Shown: positions 51,509 through 61,032 of the stretch, one piece after another
Position numbering within the stretch: position 1 is the stretch's first letter
How the letters are laid out: each line of letters starts with the position of its first letter
DNA from: Lachnospiraceae bacterium
GTDB taxonomy: Bacteria; Bacillota; Clostridia; Lachnospirales; Lachnospiraceae
Assembly (NCBI GenBank): GCA_016285135.1
Contig: JAEEQC010000002.1
Location: forward strand, 515 to 64,514
Reading direction: 5' to 3'
Length of the DNA: 64,000 nt
The notes under the pieces: model-generated
Database searches by the model: none
What the model was told of the DNA's origin: nothing
Seen by the model: only the letters and a program-made list of their open reading frames with translations
Made by a program: the position numbers and the translations under genes

Positions 51509-52969
51509 TCATATCAGCGTCAAAAAGCTTTCGATATAACCCCATCCGAGTCCGACAACAAAGATCACTGCCGAAAAAAGTACGATCGGAGTCTTCATCC
51601 TGATCCCGGGATCATGAGCAAGCTCGAGTCCCTCGCTCGGTATACCGTCCTCGGGGAAGAAGGCCTTTACAACAACGGTCATAAGATAGATCGCTGTAAG
51701 TATAGCCGAAATGATGATAGCGCCTCCGCCGATATAAGAAGCAACACTTCCCTCTTCTATTGCGGCTTCGATGATGTTGAACTTACTGATAAATCCCGAG
51801 AACGGAGGGATTCCGATAAGGCAGATTGAGCATACTGTGAAGCACGTGAATATTACCTTCATCTTTCGCCCGTAACCACCGATCTGTGATATAAGCGTTT
51901 TACCCGTAACATGCATTACGGCGCCGATACAGAAGAACAGGGCTATCTTTGTAAGTGCGTGTACAAGAAAATGTGACAGTGATCCGTACAGGCCGGCGGG
52001 AGTCATGATACATGCAGCAAACACGACATACGAAAGATTGCTTATGGTTGAATACGCAAGTCTCTTTTTGATGTGGGGCATTCTGACTGCCATGTAGGAG
52101 CCGTACAGGATCGTGAGTATACAGAAGCCCATGGCTGCGTACTGCGCATATGTGCCTCTTAAGGCCTCGGTTCCGAACGAGAAGTAAATGAGCCTTATGA
52201 CAGCAAATGCACCGGCTTTAACGACCGCTACGGCGTGCAGAAGTGCCGTTACTGGTGTGGGTGCGACTGCGGCGTGTATGAGCCACTTTCCGAATGGCAT
52301 GATGGCAGCCTTCACTCCGAATCCAAGGAACATCACAAGGAAGATAAACGGTATGAGTGATCCGTATTGCGTGGCAGCGCTGCCGAGGAATCCTCCTTCG
52401 GTGAAGGTAACAGTTCCGGAGATGTTGAGGATGACAATAAGTCCCATAAGCGCAAAGCCCGCACCGCCGAGCATGTATACGAGGTACTTTCTGCCTGCCG
52501 AAACGGCTTCTTTTGTTCTCTCATGCATTACGAGAGGGAAGGTAAAGAGTGTTATGAGCTCGTAGAATATGTACATCGTGAAAAGGTCGCCCGCAAAAGA
52601 CACGCCGATCACCGAGCCGAGCGTCATCATAAAGAAGGCAAAGAACGAGTTCTTGTTCTCCTCTCCCTCCATGTACTCATAAGCGTATAAAAGACTGAAA
52701 GGCCAAAGTACCGAAACGATCAGTGAAAAGAACCTCGACATCCCGTCGAGCCCGAATGTGATCTTGAGGGCAAAGCCCGTATCGTAAAACACAAAGCTCT
52801 CGCCCGAACCCGAAACGAGCGCACCGATAACAAGCCCGAGATTAATGATCGACACAACAAATGTGGCGATGTTTCGGGCTTTATCGTTCCTGATCTTAAG
52901 GAACAGTAAGGCAGCGCCGCTCACGATCGGAAGTAAGACCGCAGCGAGAAGAAATACTTTGTATATCAT
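51509..52969 (-). CDS. Antiporter-like subunit 3 (MrpD/NuoN/NuoM family)
   Basis: AAIMPFGKWLIHAAVAPTPVTALLHAVAVVKAGAF core, 486 aa polytopic. Confidence 0.82.
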   Translation of the reverse strand: MIYKVFLLAAVLLPIVSGAALLFLKIRNDKARNIATFVVSIINLGLVIGALVSGSGESFVFYDTGFALKITFGLDGMSRFFSLIVSVLWPFSLLYAYEYMEGEENKNSFFAFFMMTLGSVIGVSFAGDLFTMYIFYELITLFTFPLVMHERTKEAVSAGRKYLVYMLGGAGFALMGLIVILNISGTVTFTEGGFLGSAATQYGSLIPFIFLVMFLGFGVKAAIMPFGKWLIHAAVAPTPVTALLHAVAVVKAGAFAVIRLIYFSFGTEALRGTYAQYAAMGFCILTILYGSYMAVRMPHIKKRLAYSTISNLSYVVFAACIMTPAGLYGSLSHFLVHALTKIALFFCIGAVMHVTGKTLISQIGGYGRKMKVIFTCFTVCSICLIGIPPFSGFISKFNIIEAAIEEGSVASYIGGGAIIISAILTAIYLMTVVVKAFFPEDGIPSEGLELAHDPGIRMKTPIVLFSAVIFVVGLGWGYIESFLTLI

Positions 52970-52990
52970 GGGTAACTCCTCTTAAAAGTC

Positions 52991-54478
52991 TTAAGGTATC
53001 ATCGAACCTGCAATCCCCTCAAGGAAGCCTGTAAGGATTCCGGGGAATATTCCGAGTAAAAGTGCAAGTGCCGAAAGGATGATGATCGGAACAAGCGACA
53101 AAGGCTTTGCCTCATGCGAGAAGGGCTTCTCCTCCTCTTCGCTCTTGCCTTTGAAGAATCCGTCGATCATAACGGGCAGCAGGTAGCCTGCCGTAAGGAG
53201 CGCACTCACAAGGAGTACTGCGGGACCTATCACCGAGAAAGCTCCCGTGTCAGATGTAAGAGCACCTTCCGCAAGGAACCATTTGCTGATAAATCCGCTT
53301 GCCGGAGGGATACCGATGAGAGCAACCGATGCGATAGTGAAGCCGATGATCGATGCGGGCATCTTTCTGCCGACACCGTCAAGCTCATCGCATCTTGTTG
53401 CACCGGTATTGTGGATGATGACACCGGAAACAAGGAAGAGATCGTCCTTGATAACCGAATGGAATATAACATGTAAGAGTGCACCGAGGATCGCCACGGG
53501 GTTCATGATCGACAAACCGAACAGCACATATGAAACCTGACTGACGGTAGAGAACGCAAGCCTCTTTTTGAGGCCCTTCTCGCAGTAAGCGAGCATCGAG
53601 CCCATAAATACGGTCACAAGAGCAAGGATCATCCACGTGTACTGAACCCAGGTGCCCATTATCCTGTCGGCGCCCACGCTGTAGAATACAACTCTTATGA
53701 TAGCCAAGACACCCGACTTGGTTATGATACCCGAAAGCAGCGCACTTGCGGGAGCGGGAGCAATGGGATGAGCAACGGGGAGCCAGTCGTGCATCGGGAA
53801 CAAACCGGCCTTACATCCGAAACCGATTATCGCGAGGAAAACAAATGCAAGCAGCAGTCCCTCCCTGCCGTTTATAAGAGCGGGATCAAGGAATCCGCCT
53901 GCGGCAAATTCATGCTCGGAACTCATTGAGTAGATAACGAATATGGCCATGAGCGAAAGCAGCGCACCACCGATCGAATAGAAAAGGTACTTGAATCCGG
54001 CGCTGATCGCCTCTTTCGTAAGGCTGTGAAGTACGAGCGGAAGCGAGAAAAGCGTCATCATCTCATAGAACAGGTAAAGCGAGATCAGATCTGCCGAGTA
54101 ATACATGCCGGGAAGGATTCCCATGAGGCACATGTAAAAGAGATAAAAGCGCTTGGTGTTTTCTTCGTGCTTCATGTAATCGAACGAGTAGAATCCGACC
54201 GTCACGAACATGAAAGACATGAGCAGCGCAAACACGAGTGAAAGGTTGTCCGCCTTAAATGTGAGCGACACGGTGTCCGTGATCTTTACAAGCACGAATC
54301 GCAGCTCTTCGCTCGCAGAAACGATCGCAACGGCGACGTTTAAGAGAGCGCTCACGCACATAACAACGCCCGTATAAAGGCACACTCCGAAATGCGTCCC
54401 GATTCTTTTCCTCACAAAGAGAAAGACAAAGGCACAAACAAGCGGAAAGAAAACAGTCAAAGGAAGTAAAATGCTCAT
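52991..54478 (-). CDS. Antiporter-like subunit 2 (MrpD/NuoN/NuoM family)
   Basis: AGLFPMHDWLPVAHPIAPAPASALLSGIITKSGV core, 495 aa polytopic. Confidence 0.82.
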   Translation of the reverse strand: MSILLPLTVFFPLVCAFVFLFVRKRIGTHFGVCLYTGVVMCVSALLNVAVAIVSASEELRFVLVKITDTVSLTFKADNLSLVFALLMSFMFVTVGFYSFDYMKHEENTKRFYLFYMCLMGILPGMYYSADLISLYLFYEMMTLFSLPLVLHSLTKEAISAGFKYLFYSIGGALLSLMAIFVIYSMSSEHEFAAGGFLDPALINGREGLLLAFVFLAIIGFGCKAGLFPMHDWLPVAHPIAPAPASALLSGIITKSGVLAIIRVVFYSVGADRIMGTWVQYTWMILALVTVFMGSMLAYCEKGLKKRLAFSTVSQVSYVLFGLSIMNPVAILGALLHVIFHSVIKDDLFLVSGVIIHNTGATRCDELDGVGRKMPASIIGFTIASVALIGIPPASGFISKWFLAEGALTSDTGAFSVIGPAVLLVSALLTAGYLLPVMIDGFFKGKSEEEEKPFSHEAKPLSLVPIIILSALALLLGIFPGILTGFLEGIAGSMIP

Positions 54479-54493
54479 CTATAGATACCTCGC

Positions 54494-56047
54494 TTAATCA
54501 AAAACATTAAGTCCTTTCGTTATTATGTCGCTGAGCAGCCCCGGTGCCAGTCCAATATAAAGATTGATGATCGCAAGAACAGTAGCACAGATCCCGTGCA
54601 GTGTCTTCTCGCATTTCGTGGGTGCCTCGCTGACGCTTATGCCGCAATCTCCCGCTGCCGCTTTTGTTGCCTCCTCGCCTTCAGACTTTTTCTCTTCTTC
54701 GAATCCGCCGAATGCATAAAGATTGATGATGCACTTGAAGAAGTAGACAACATTCAGTATCGTGCTGACCGCTATCGCTCCTATCGCAGCGTACATCCTC
54801 CATCCGCAGTCAAACGAAGCGTTGGCAAGAAGCATCTTGGCGATAAATCCGGCAAAAAGCGGGAATCCGATGATCGACAGCGCCGCAGCCGTGAAAGTCG
54901 CGGCTGATACGGGATACTTGTGGCCGAGACCCTTTAGGTCACTTACCTTTATGTCTTCTTTGTTACCCGTAAAAGATGATGACGCGATAAAAAGAAGTGA
55001 TTTTGTAAGTCCGTGCGTGATTATGTGGAATATGGCCGCAACTGCTCCCAAAGAGTTCGCTATGCCTATGCCCATAAAGATGTACCCTATCTGGGAAACC
55101 GAGGAATATGCCGTCATTCTCCGCAGGAACCCCGTCCTGATCGCTGCGACGGAACCCATGATCATCGCAACGATCCCGGCGATAAAGATCAGGTCGAAAA
55201 CGCCGGTTGATTTATAAACATCAAAGCCGATGACTCTGTATATGAGCTTGATCAGCAGGAAAATATAGCCCTTCGATACCATACCCGAAAGCATCGCGGA
55301 CGAAGGCATCACTGATATCGCATAAGCATCGGGTATCCACAGATGGAACGGGAAAAGTCCCGACTTAATGGCCAGACCGACAGTCATGAGCGCCGTTATG
55401 ATCGTTAGTGTAACGCTGTAGCTGCCGTCAGCAGCGAGTACCGCAACGGATTCGTTAATGTTCTGCATCAGCAGGTGTCCCGTGATCGAGTAAAGCAGCG
55501 TTGTTCCGATAAGGAACAGTCCCGAGCCCACAAGGCTCACTACCATGTATCTGATCGCTGCGGCGATCGAACGCCCCGAGTTCTTTATCATGATCAGACC
55601 ACAGCCCGCGATCGTATTGATCTCGATAAAGACATAGCCCGTGAAGATATCGTTCGTGTATATGAGCGCCAGCAGAGACGCTTCCATGAGGCAAGTGATC
55701 AGGTAGTAAAGGTTCTGCTTTGTGTCATCGACCTGAGTCCTTATGGAGTGCTTGCCTGCGATAAGTGACAGAAGCGCGATCACGCATGTAAAGATCGCCA
55801 TGACGCCTTCAAGCTCTCCGGCCCTGATCTCATTGCCCCAGGGTGCCGGGAAGTGTCCCATCATATATACGAAGCTTTCACCGGTACCGTGTGTGTACAC
55901 GGTCAGAATAACCGACAGAACAAGTGTCAAAGCCAGTGCAATCTTGGCTACTGCAGCGGCAGCACGACGTCCCAGCATAAACGTTGAGAGAGCCGCAAGC
56001 ATGCAGATCATGATCGAAAAGAAAGGAAAGTTCATTACAAAGTCCAT
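54494..56047 (-). CDS. Antiporter-like subunit 1 (MrpD/NuoN family)
   Basis: SGLFPFHLWIPDAYAISVMPSSAMLSGMVSKGYIF core. Start chosen at MDFVMNFPFF (ATG 56047, AGGAGG 9 nt upstream, 1 nt after the MrpC-like stop); the track ORF extends to 56104. Confidence 0.82.
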   Translation of the reverse strand: MDFVMNFPFFSIMICMLAALSTFMLGRRAAAAVAKIALALTLVLSVILTVYTHGTGESFVYMMGHFPAPWGNEIRAGELEGVMAIFTCVIALLSLIAGKHSIRTQVDDTKQNLYYLITCLMEASLLALIYTNDIFTGYVFIEINTIAGCGLIMIKNSGRSIAAAIRYMVVSLVGSGLFLIGTTLLYSITGHLLMQNINESVAVLAADGSYSVTLTIITALMTVGLAIKSGLFPFHLWIPDAYAISVMPSSAMLSGMVSKGYIFLLIKLIYRVIGFDVYKSTGVFDLIFIAGIVAMIMGSVAAIRTGFLRRMTAYSSVSQIGYIFMGIGIANSLGAVAAIFHIITHGLTKSLLFIASSSFTGNKEDIKVSDLKGLGHKYPVSAATFTAAALSIIGFPLFAGFIAKMLLANASFDCGWRMYAAIGAIAVSTILNVVYFFKCIINLYAFGGFEEEKKSEGEEATKAAAGDCGISVSEAPTKCEKTLHGICATVLAIINLYIGLAPGLLSDIITKGLNVFD

Positions 56048-56048
56048 G

Positions 56049-56438
56049 TCAGCTTTCCTCCTTATTATCTTTTTCTTTCCTGACTTTGATAAGGATCTCG
56101 TCAAGATCGAGAGTCTTGTACTTGCGATACAGCCTGATGGTCATGGAAAGCATGAGCGCAGTTACACTCACCGAAACAACGATACCCGTGAGCACAAGCC
56201 CGCTCGGGATGGGGTTGATGTATGTTGCCGCGTTCTCGCTCCCGCCCGAAAGGATTGGAGCAAGTCTTCCGCTGATATACCCCTGTGAAGCAAGTAACAG
56301 GTAGATCGCAACGTCCATGATATTAAGGCCGATTATCTTCTTGATGAGGTTTTTCTGGAACAACAGGTTCGAGAAGCCGATCACGAAGAGAATGGCCGCC
56401 ACTATATCGTTAAAATGATTGTAGATCTGTTCCCACAT
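56049..56438 (-). CDS. MrpC/MnhC (NuoK-like) small membrane subunit
   Basis: 129 aa, three TM segments, GLNIMDVAIYLLLASQGY ... LVLTGIVVSVSVTALML. Confidence 0.8.
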   Translation of the reverse strand: MWEQIYNHFNDIVAAILFVIGFSNLLFQKNLIKKIIGLNIMDVAIYLLLASQGYISGRLAPILSGGSENAATYINPIPSGLVLTGIVVSVSVTALMLSMTIRLYRKYKTLDLDEILIKVRKEKDNKEES

Positions 56439-56486
56439 ACAAATTCCTCTGCGAATTGTTTATTTAACGCTTATACTGCAAAAGTT

Positions 56487-57527
56487 TCAGATCTTCCCCC
56501 GCCTCATAAGGCTGAAGAACGAGTACATTGTGCACGCAACAACGAGTCCGACACAGATATTAAGGATCAGTATGAGCCCGCTGCTCAGGATCGCACCGGG
56601 TGTGCCGAGAGGTATCCCTGACTCGAGGTGGTTCGCTCCGGTAAAGAACGAGTAGCTCTTTGCGAGGCAGTATACCAGGAGTGAAACAAATGTGATGATA
56701 CCTGCACTTTTCTTGTTGAGGAAGCGCTCCATCCTGTCAAATCCGAAAGCCACGGATGCGAGGATAAATCCACTTCCGACGATGGCGCCACCCGAGAAGC
56801 CTCCACCCGGAGAGAGATGACCGTTCAGGATAACATAGAGCCCGAACATGAGGATAAAGGGTACCGCAACCTTCGCAACCGTTTTGAGGATCACGTCGTT
56901 CTTTATGATCTTGGGTTCAATTTCTTTTTCGTCCTTAAGGTCCTCGTAATACTCTTTAGACTCGGGCAGGTCTTCCTTTTTGCCGCGGTTTTGCACAAGA
57001 AGCAGGACCATAACGCAGATCGTAGCCGCAAAAAGCACATTCGACTCACCGAACGTATCAAATGCTCTGTAGTCAAGGATCATGCCCGCCACAAAGTTGA
57101 CTGCACCGGTCTCTTCTATTCCGCTTTCGATATAACGCTCGGCCACCACGTTTTCTCCCGGGTGATCCGGTGAGAAAAGTCCCGGAAGATCAAACATGCA
57201 GAATATCAGCGCCGCCGCAAGCATCACTATCAGTAGCCCTGCGGTGATCCTGAATACTCTGTAAAGGACCTTCTTCTCTTTTTTATTTGCATCTTTGATA
57301 GACCCGATCTTTTTGAGAGTCGCATAAAACAAAAGCCCCGTCACACCGGCTCCAACGGCGGCCTCTGTGATCGCTAGGTCCGGAGACTCGAGGAGCATCC
57401 AGATGACCGCAACTACCAGGCTGAAGGATCCGAAGACAATGACGGAAGCTGTAAGGCTCTTTATAAAACTCACCACGACAGCACAGATAATGAGCACTGT
57501 CAGAAGTATCATCATAAGTATATTCAT
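56487..57527 (-). CDS. Fusion of MbhD/MrpA-C-terminal-like (DUF4040) and MnhB/MrpB domains
   Basis: N-terminal part LESPDLAITEAAVGAGVTGLLF. MnhB signature GAVNFVAGMILDYRAFDTFGESNVLF. Start chosen at MNILMMILL (ATG 57527, GGAGTG RBS); the track ORF extends to 57578. Confidence 0.75.
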   Translation of the reverse strand: MNILMMILLTVLIICAVVVSFIKSLTASVIVFGSFSLVVAVIWMLLESPDLAITEAAVGAGVTGLLFYATLKKIGSIKDANKKEKKVLYRVFRITAGLLIVMLAAALIFCMFDLPGLFSPDHPGENVVAERYIESGIEETGAVNFVAGMILDYRAFDTFGESNVLFAATICVMVLLLVQNRGKKEDLPESKEYYEDLKDEKEIEPKIIKNDVILKTVAKVAVPFILMFGLYVILNGHLSPGGGFSGGAIVGSGFILASVAFGFDRMERFLNKKSAGIITFVSLLVYCLAKSYSFFTGANHLESGIPLGTPGAILSSGLILILNICVGLVVACTMYSFFSLMRRGKI

Positions 57528-57650
57528 GTAATCACTCCGATTTTTTCTGTAACATCCTATCAATATGAACAAAAACATTTTACAGCATTTGATAAAAATG
57601 TAAAGCCCCGCTTAAAATTGTATCGATCGATAAAAACGTCATCGAAATCA

Positions 57651-57679
57651 TTGAAAGTAATCGATCAATTTATTATGAT
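57651..57679 (+). promoter_or_regulatory. Putative promoter of the aminopeptidase gene
   Basis: TTGAAA, a 17-nt spacer, then TATGAT on the plus strand, 30 nt upstream of the ATG at 57710. Confidence 0.5.
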
Positions 57680-57709
57680 TTACTTAATAACAAAGTATAG
57701 GAGCACACT

Positions 57710-59515
57710 ATGGATCATAACGAAATCCGCATGCGTATCGACGCGATTCGCCATATCATGGCGACCCGGAATGTACATATCTATCTCTGCACCGTCGGTG
57801 ATCATCACGGCAGTGAGTATGTTTGCGATCATTTTAAGGTACTTCGTTTTTTCAGCGGATTTTCCGGCTCCCGTGCAACACTTGTTGTTACTCATTCCGA
57901 GGCTTTCCTTTTTACGGACGGAAGGTACTTCCTTGAAGCAGAGGAAGTTCTCTGCGGCACCGGTATCACTCTCATGCGCGAAGGCGTCAAAGATGTCCCT
58001 ACAGTCAATGAACTTATTGCCGACAAGCTACAGGCCGGAAGCGTTCTCGCACTTGACTCGAGGTTTTTCAGTATTAAAACCGTAAAAGAGCTTATCGAAA
58101 CCTGTGCCGTTCATGAAGCCCGCCTTCTGAGCCGTTTTACCGCACCGGAGGACCTGTTTGTTCCGAGAGACACACTGCCCGAGAAGAAGCTCTACATACT
58201 TTCTGAAAAGTATTCAGGGCGTAGCGCTGCCGACAAACTCGAAAGCATCAGGGCCTCGATGAAAGAAAGCGGCTGCGACACACATATTATAAGCAGCCTG
58301 ACCGACATAGCATATATCCTCAACCTCAGAGGCTCGGATATCGAATTCAATCCTCTGTTCCTTTCATATCTAATCATTAACATGAACGATGCGGTTCTTT
58401 TTGTGTCCGCAAGAAGCATAACTCCTGAGGTTAAAGAGTACCTTTCCGAGCTCAATGTCACTACTAAAGCCTATGAATCCTTTTACGGATCTGCCGAGGA
58501 ACTGTCCTCGAGAAATATTTTACTTGATGAATCACGTGTTAATTATGCGCTTTTTGAAGCAATAGGATTAAAAAATGAGATCTTCTCAAAGACCAATCCT
58601 TCTACCCTGATGAAGTCCGTTAAAACCGAGACGGAACAAAACAACCTGCGTAAAGCGAATCTGATAGACGCTGTTGCCTTCATCAGGTTTATGTTTGAAT
58701 TCGAGAAAAAGCTTGAGAGCGGCGCACGTATCTGCGAAAACGACTGTGCAGAACTTCTTATCGAAAAAAGACGTATGTCGGAGCAATACATCTGCGAAAG
58801 CTTCGCTCCCATCGTGGCTTCCGGCAGCAACGCAGCTATAGTTCATTACGAGCACACGGGTAACGGAAGAACACTTGAACCGTCAGACGCATTTCTGCTT
58901 ATGGACACAGGCGGACATTATCTGCTCGGTACAACCGATGTCACGCGCACCGTCGTGATCGGACCCGTAAGTGATGAACATAAGCGTATGTACACTCGTG
59001 TCCTTAAAGCAAATATCGCGATATCGGAGGCTGTGTTCAAAAAAGGGACCACAGGTTCCGGACTTGATATCCTTGCTCGTCGTGAACTATGGAAAGACGG
59101 CCTCGATTACAGACATGGAACGGGGCACGGAATCGGCTACCTGCTCAGCGTGCATGAAGGTCCTTTCTCTTTAAGCTATAACACGCGTATTCCTTCAAAC
59201 CTTGTCCCTCTCGAGCCCGGAATGCTTCTCTCCGATGAACCGGGTTATTACGAGGACGGCGCCTACGGTATCAGAACAGAAAACGATCTCCTTGTTGTAC
59301 CTTTCAAGGAGACCGCTTACGGTGAATTTTATGCTTTTGAAGTATTAACGCTTATACCTTTCGATCCCAAAGCCATTTCTTTTGAGATGCTCGATCGGGA
59401 TGAACTCAGCTGCATACGTAAGTACCATAACAGGATACTTGACAGACTGTCGCCTTACATGTCGGACGAAGAATCCGCATGGTTTATAGCAAGGTTCATC
59501 TCTCCGTTGGCATAA
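57710..59515 (+). CDS. pepP: Xaa-Pro aminopeptidase (M24B, aminopeptidase P family) with creatinase-like N-domains
   Basis: Metal ligands and context LMDTGGHYLLGTTDVTRT, HGTGHGIGYLLSVHEGP, LSDEPGYY, GIRTEND. 601 aa. Confidence 0.88.
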   Translation: MDHNEIRMRIDAIRHIMATRNVHIYLCTVGDHHGSEYVCDHFKVLRFFSGFSGSRATLVVTHSEAFLFTDGRYFLEAEEVLCGTGITLMREGVKDVPTVNELIADKLQAGSVLALDSRFFSIKTVKELIETCAVHEARLLSRFTAPEDLFVPRDTLPEKKLYILSEKYSGRSAADKLESIRASMKESGCDTHIISSLTDIAYILNLRGSDIEFNPLFLSYLIINMNDAVLFVSARSITPEVKEYLSELNVTTKAYESFYGSAEELSSRNILLDESRVNYALFEAIGLKNEIFSKTNPSTLMKSVKTETEQNNLRKANLIDAVAFIRFMFEFEKKLESGARICENDCAELLIEKRRMSEQYICESFAPIVASGSNAAIVHYEHTGNGRTLEPSDAFLLMDTGGHYLLGTTDVTRTVVIGPVSDEHKRMYTRVLKANIAISEAVFKKGTTGSGLDILARRELWKDGLDYRHGTGHGIGYLLSVHEGPFSLSYNTRIPSNLVPLEPGMLLSDEPGYYEDGAYGIRTENDLLVVPFKETAYGEFYAFEVLTLIPFDPKAISFEMLDRDELSCIRKYHNRILDRLSPYMSDEESAWFIARFISPLA

Positions 59516-60927
59516 ACGGTACCTAGCTTACACTCGAGGAAACGCTCGAAAGCCACATCCGCATTATCGAGACAGATACTGCCGACGCCCACCTGTGCCA
59601 CGAGTCTTGCACATGACACATCCTTCATCTTGAATGAACCACATCCTATATCGGCATAAACGAGCTGCATGTATTCGCTTTCGGGAACGATCACGGTTAC
59701 GTCCCCTGCGAAAGGATTAAGGAGCTTTGATGCCGGTGATACATCGAACCCAAAGACGTCGAGACTGTCGCAGTAATCACCTTTGATCTTAAGGATCCCG
59801 TCTTCTATGGTAACTTCGGTGCCGGGCTTGTATGTGTCTGCGAGAAGGACACAGAACTCATCTCCCTTTTCTATGGAAACATTGAAATACGACGAAGTCA
59901 CATCAATCCCGATCACCTTGCCTTCTACAATGACCTTATGATTCTGCTGCAGATTCGAAGGGATATCATCACTGTAAAAAACAAAGTACGTTGTGATCAT
60001 CATTACCACACCGAGCAGTGTAAGAACACCTGCAAGTATCGAGAACGTCTTGATAAATCTCTTAGGTTTCTCAGCTTCTTCTGTCGGTTCGTCGTCTGCC
60101 ATAATCTCTACCATGCCGTTATCCGCATTTCCGGCAAATGCATGTGAATTCTGAGTTTTTTTCTTACAGAAGAACAGCTTTATAAACTTCACAGGCAGTA
60201 CATAACACTTGAAGAGCCCGAGAAGTAGGTACTTGAAGACTACTCTGGTCAGAAGTATCAAAAGGAATCCTAACCCACATGCAAGCACACCTGCTCCCAT
60301 AAGGAGGAAGGCTGCACCGAGCGTATTCTGGACGTTTGCGATACCGAGCAGTATAAGTGCAAGTCCACCGGCACAGAGTGCAGTACACCCCATGACCAGG
60401 ATACCGAACACAAGACACATGACTGCTACCGCGGCAGTGAGAAGCGCGAGCATAGCGATAAAGATCGGAATACCGAAAGGAACCCCGAGGAAGATGGCTT
60501 TGCAAACACGCCCTGCTTTGCCGGGTTCTTTTATTTCATTAACATTTTCATTAAGAATCGCATCTGTGTACCCGTAAGACGCACCTGAAGAAACCGTTAC
60601 ATCCCCTGCTGTACCGGGTATCGTAACGTCAGTATTGGTTGTTGCCGGAATCGTTGCATCTGTACTCGGCACAGGTTCCGTAACTTCCGGGGTCACCGAT
60701 TCAGGGATCGCCCTGTCGGTACCGGGCACAGGATCCGCAGCTTCCTGGGTCACCGGACAGGGAATCGTTTCTTCAGTTCTCACAGGTTCGGAAACGATCA
60801 CTTCTTCGTCACTTAATGGCAAAGGTATTTCTGTATCATATTTCCCGGGATCAGTGACAACAGGCTTAGATTCGCGTAAAGACGGGTTTTCTTCCAGCGC
60901 TTTGCTCTTCCAATAATCAAAATCCAT
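59455..60927 (-). CDS. Membrane protein: Pro/Thr-rich repeat N-terminus, ~5 TM segments, C-terminal beta-rich (DUF4097-like) domain
   Basis: Good RBS (GAGGAA). Tandem 19-aa repeat VTQEAADPVPGTDRAIPES / VTPEVTEPVPSTDATIPAT. Hydrophobic block FLGVPFGIPIFIAMLALLTAAVAVMCLVFGILVMG... The C-terminal family assignment is tentative. Confidence 0.6.
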   Translation of the reverse strand: MDFDYWKSKALEENPSLRESKPVVTDPGKYDTEIPLPLSDEEVIVSEPVRTEETIPCPVTQEAADPVPGTDRAIPESVTPEVTEPVPSTDATIPATTNTDVTIPGTAGDVTVSSGASYGYTDAILNENVNEIKEPGKAGRVCKAIFLGVPFGIPIFIAMLALLTAAVAVMCLVFGILVMGCTALCAGGLALILLGIANVQNTLGAAFLLMGAGVLACGLGFLLILLTRVVFKYLLLGLFKCYVLPVKFIKLFFCKKKTQNSHAFAGNADNGMVEIMADDEPTEEAEKPKRFIKTFSILAGVLTLLGVVMMITTYFVFYSDDIPSNLQQNHKVIVEGKVIGIDVTSSYFNVSIEKGDEFCVLLADTYKPGTEVTIEDGILKIKGDYCDSLDVFGFDVSPASKLLNPFAGDVTVIVPESEYMQLVYADIGCGSFKMKDVSCARLVAQVGVGSICLDNADVAFERFLECKLGTVYANGEMNLAINHADSSSDM

Positions 60928-61032
60928 TTTATTTCCTCGTTTTATTCAGGATGGAATTATTGTATTATATGGTATAAAATAAATCAAGCGATGCTAAACC
61001 GCATCCAAACAATGCAATGAAAGGAAATCAAA

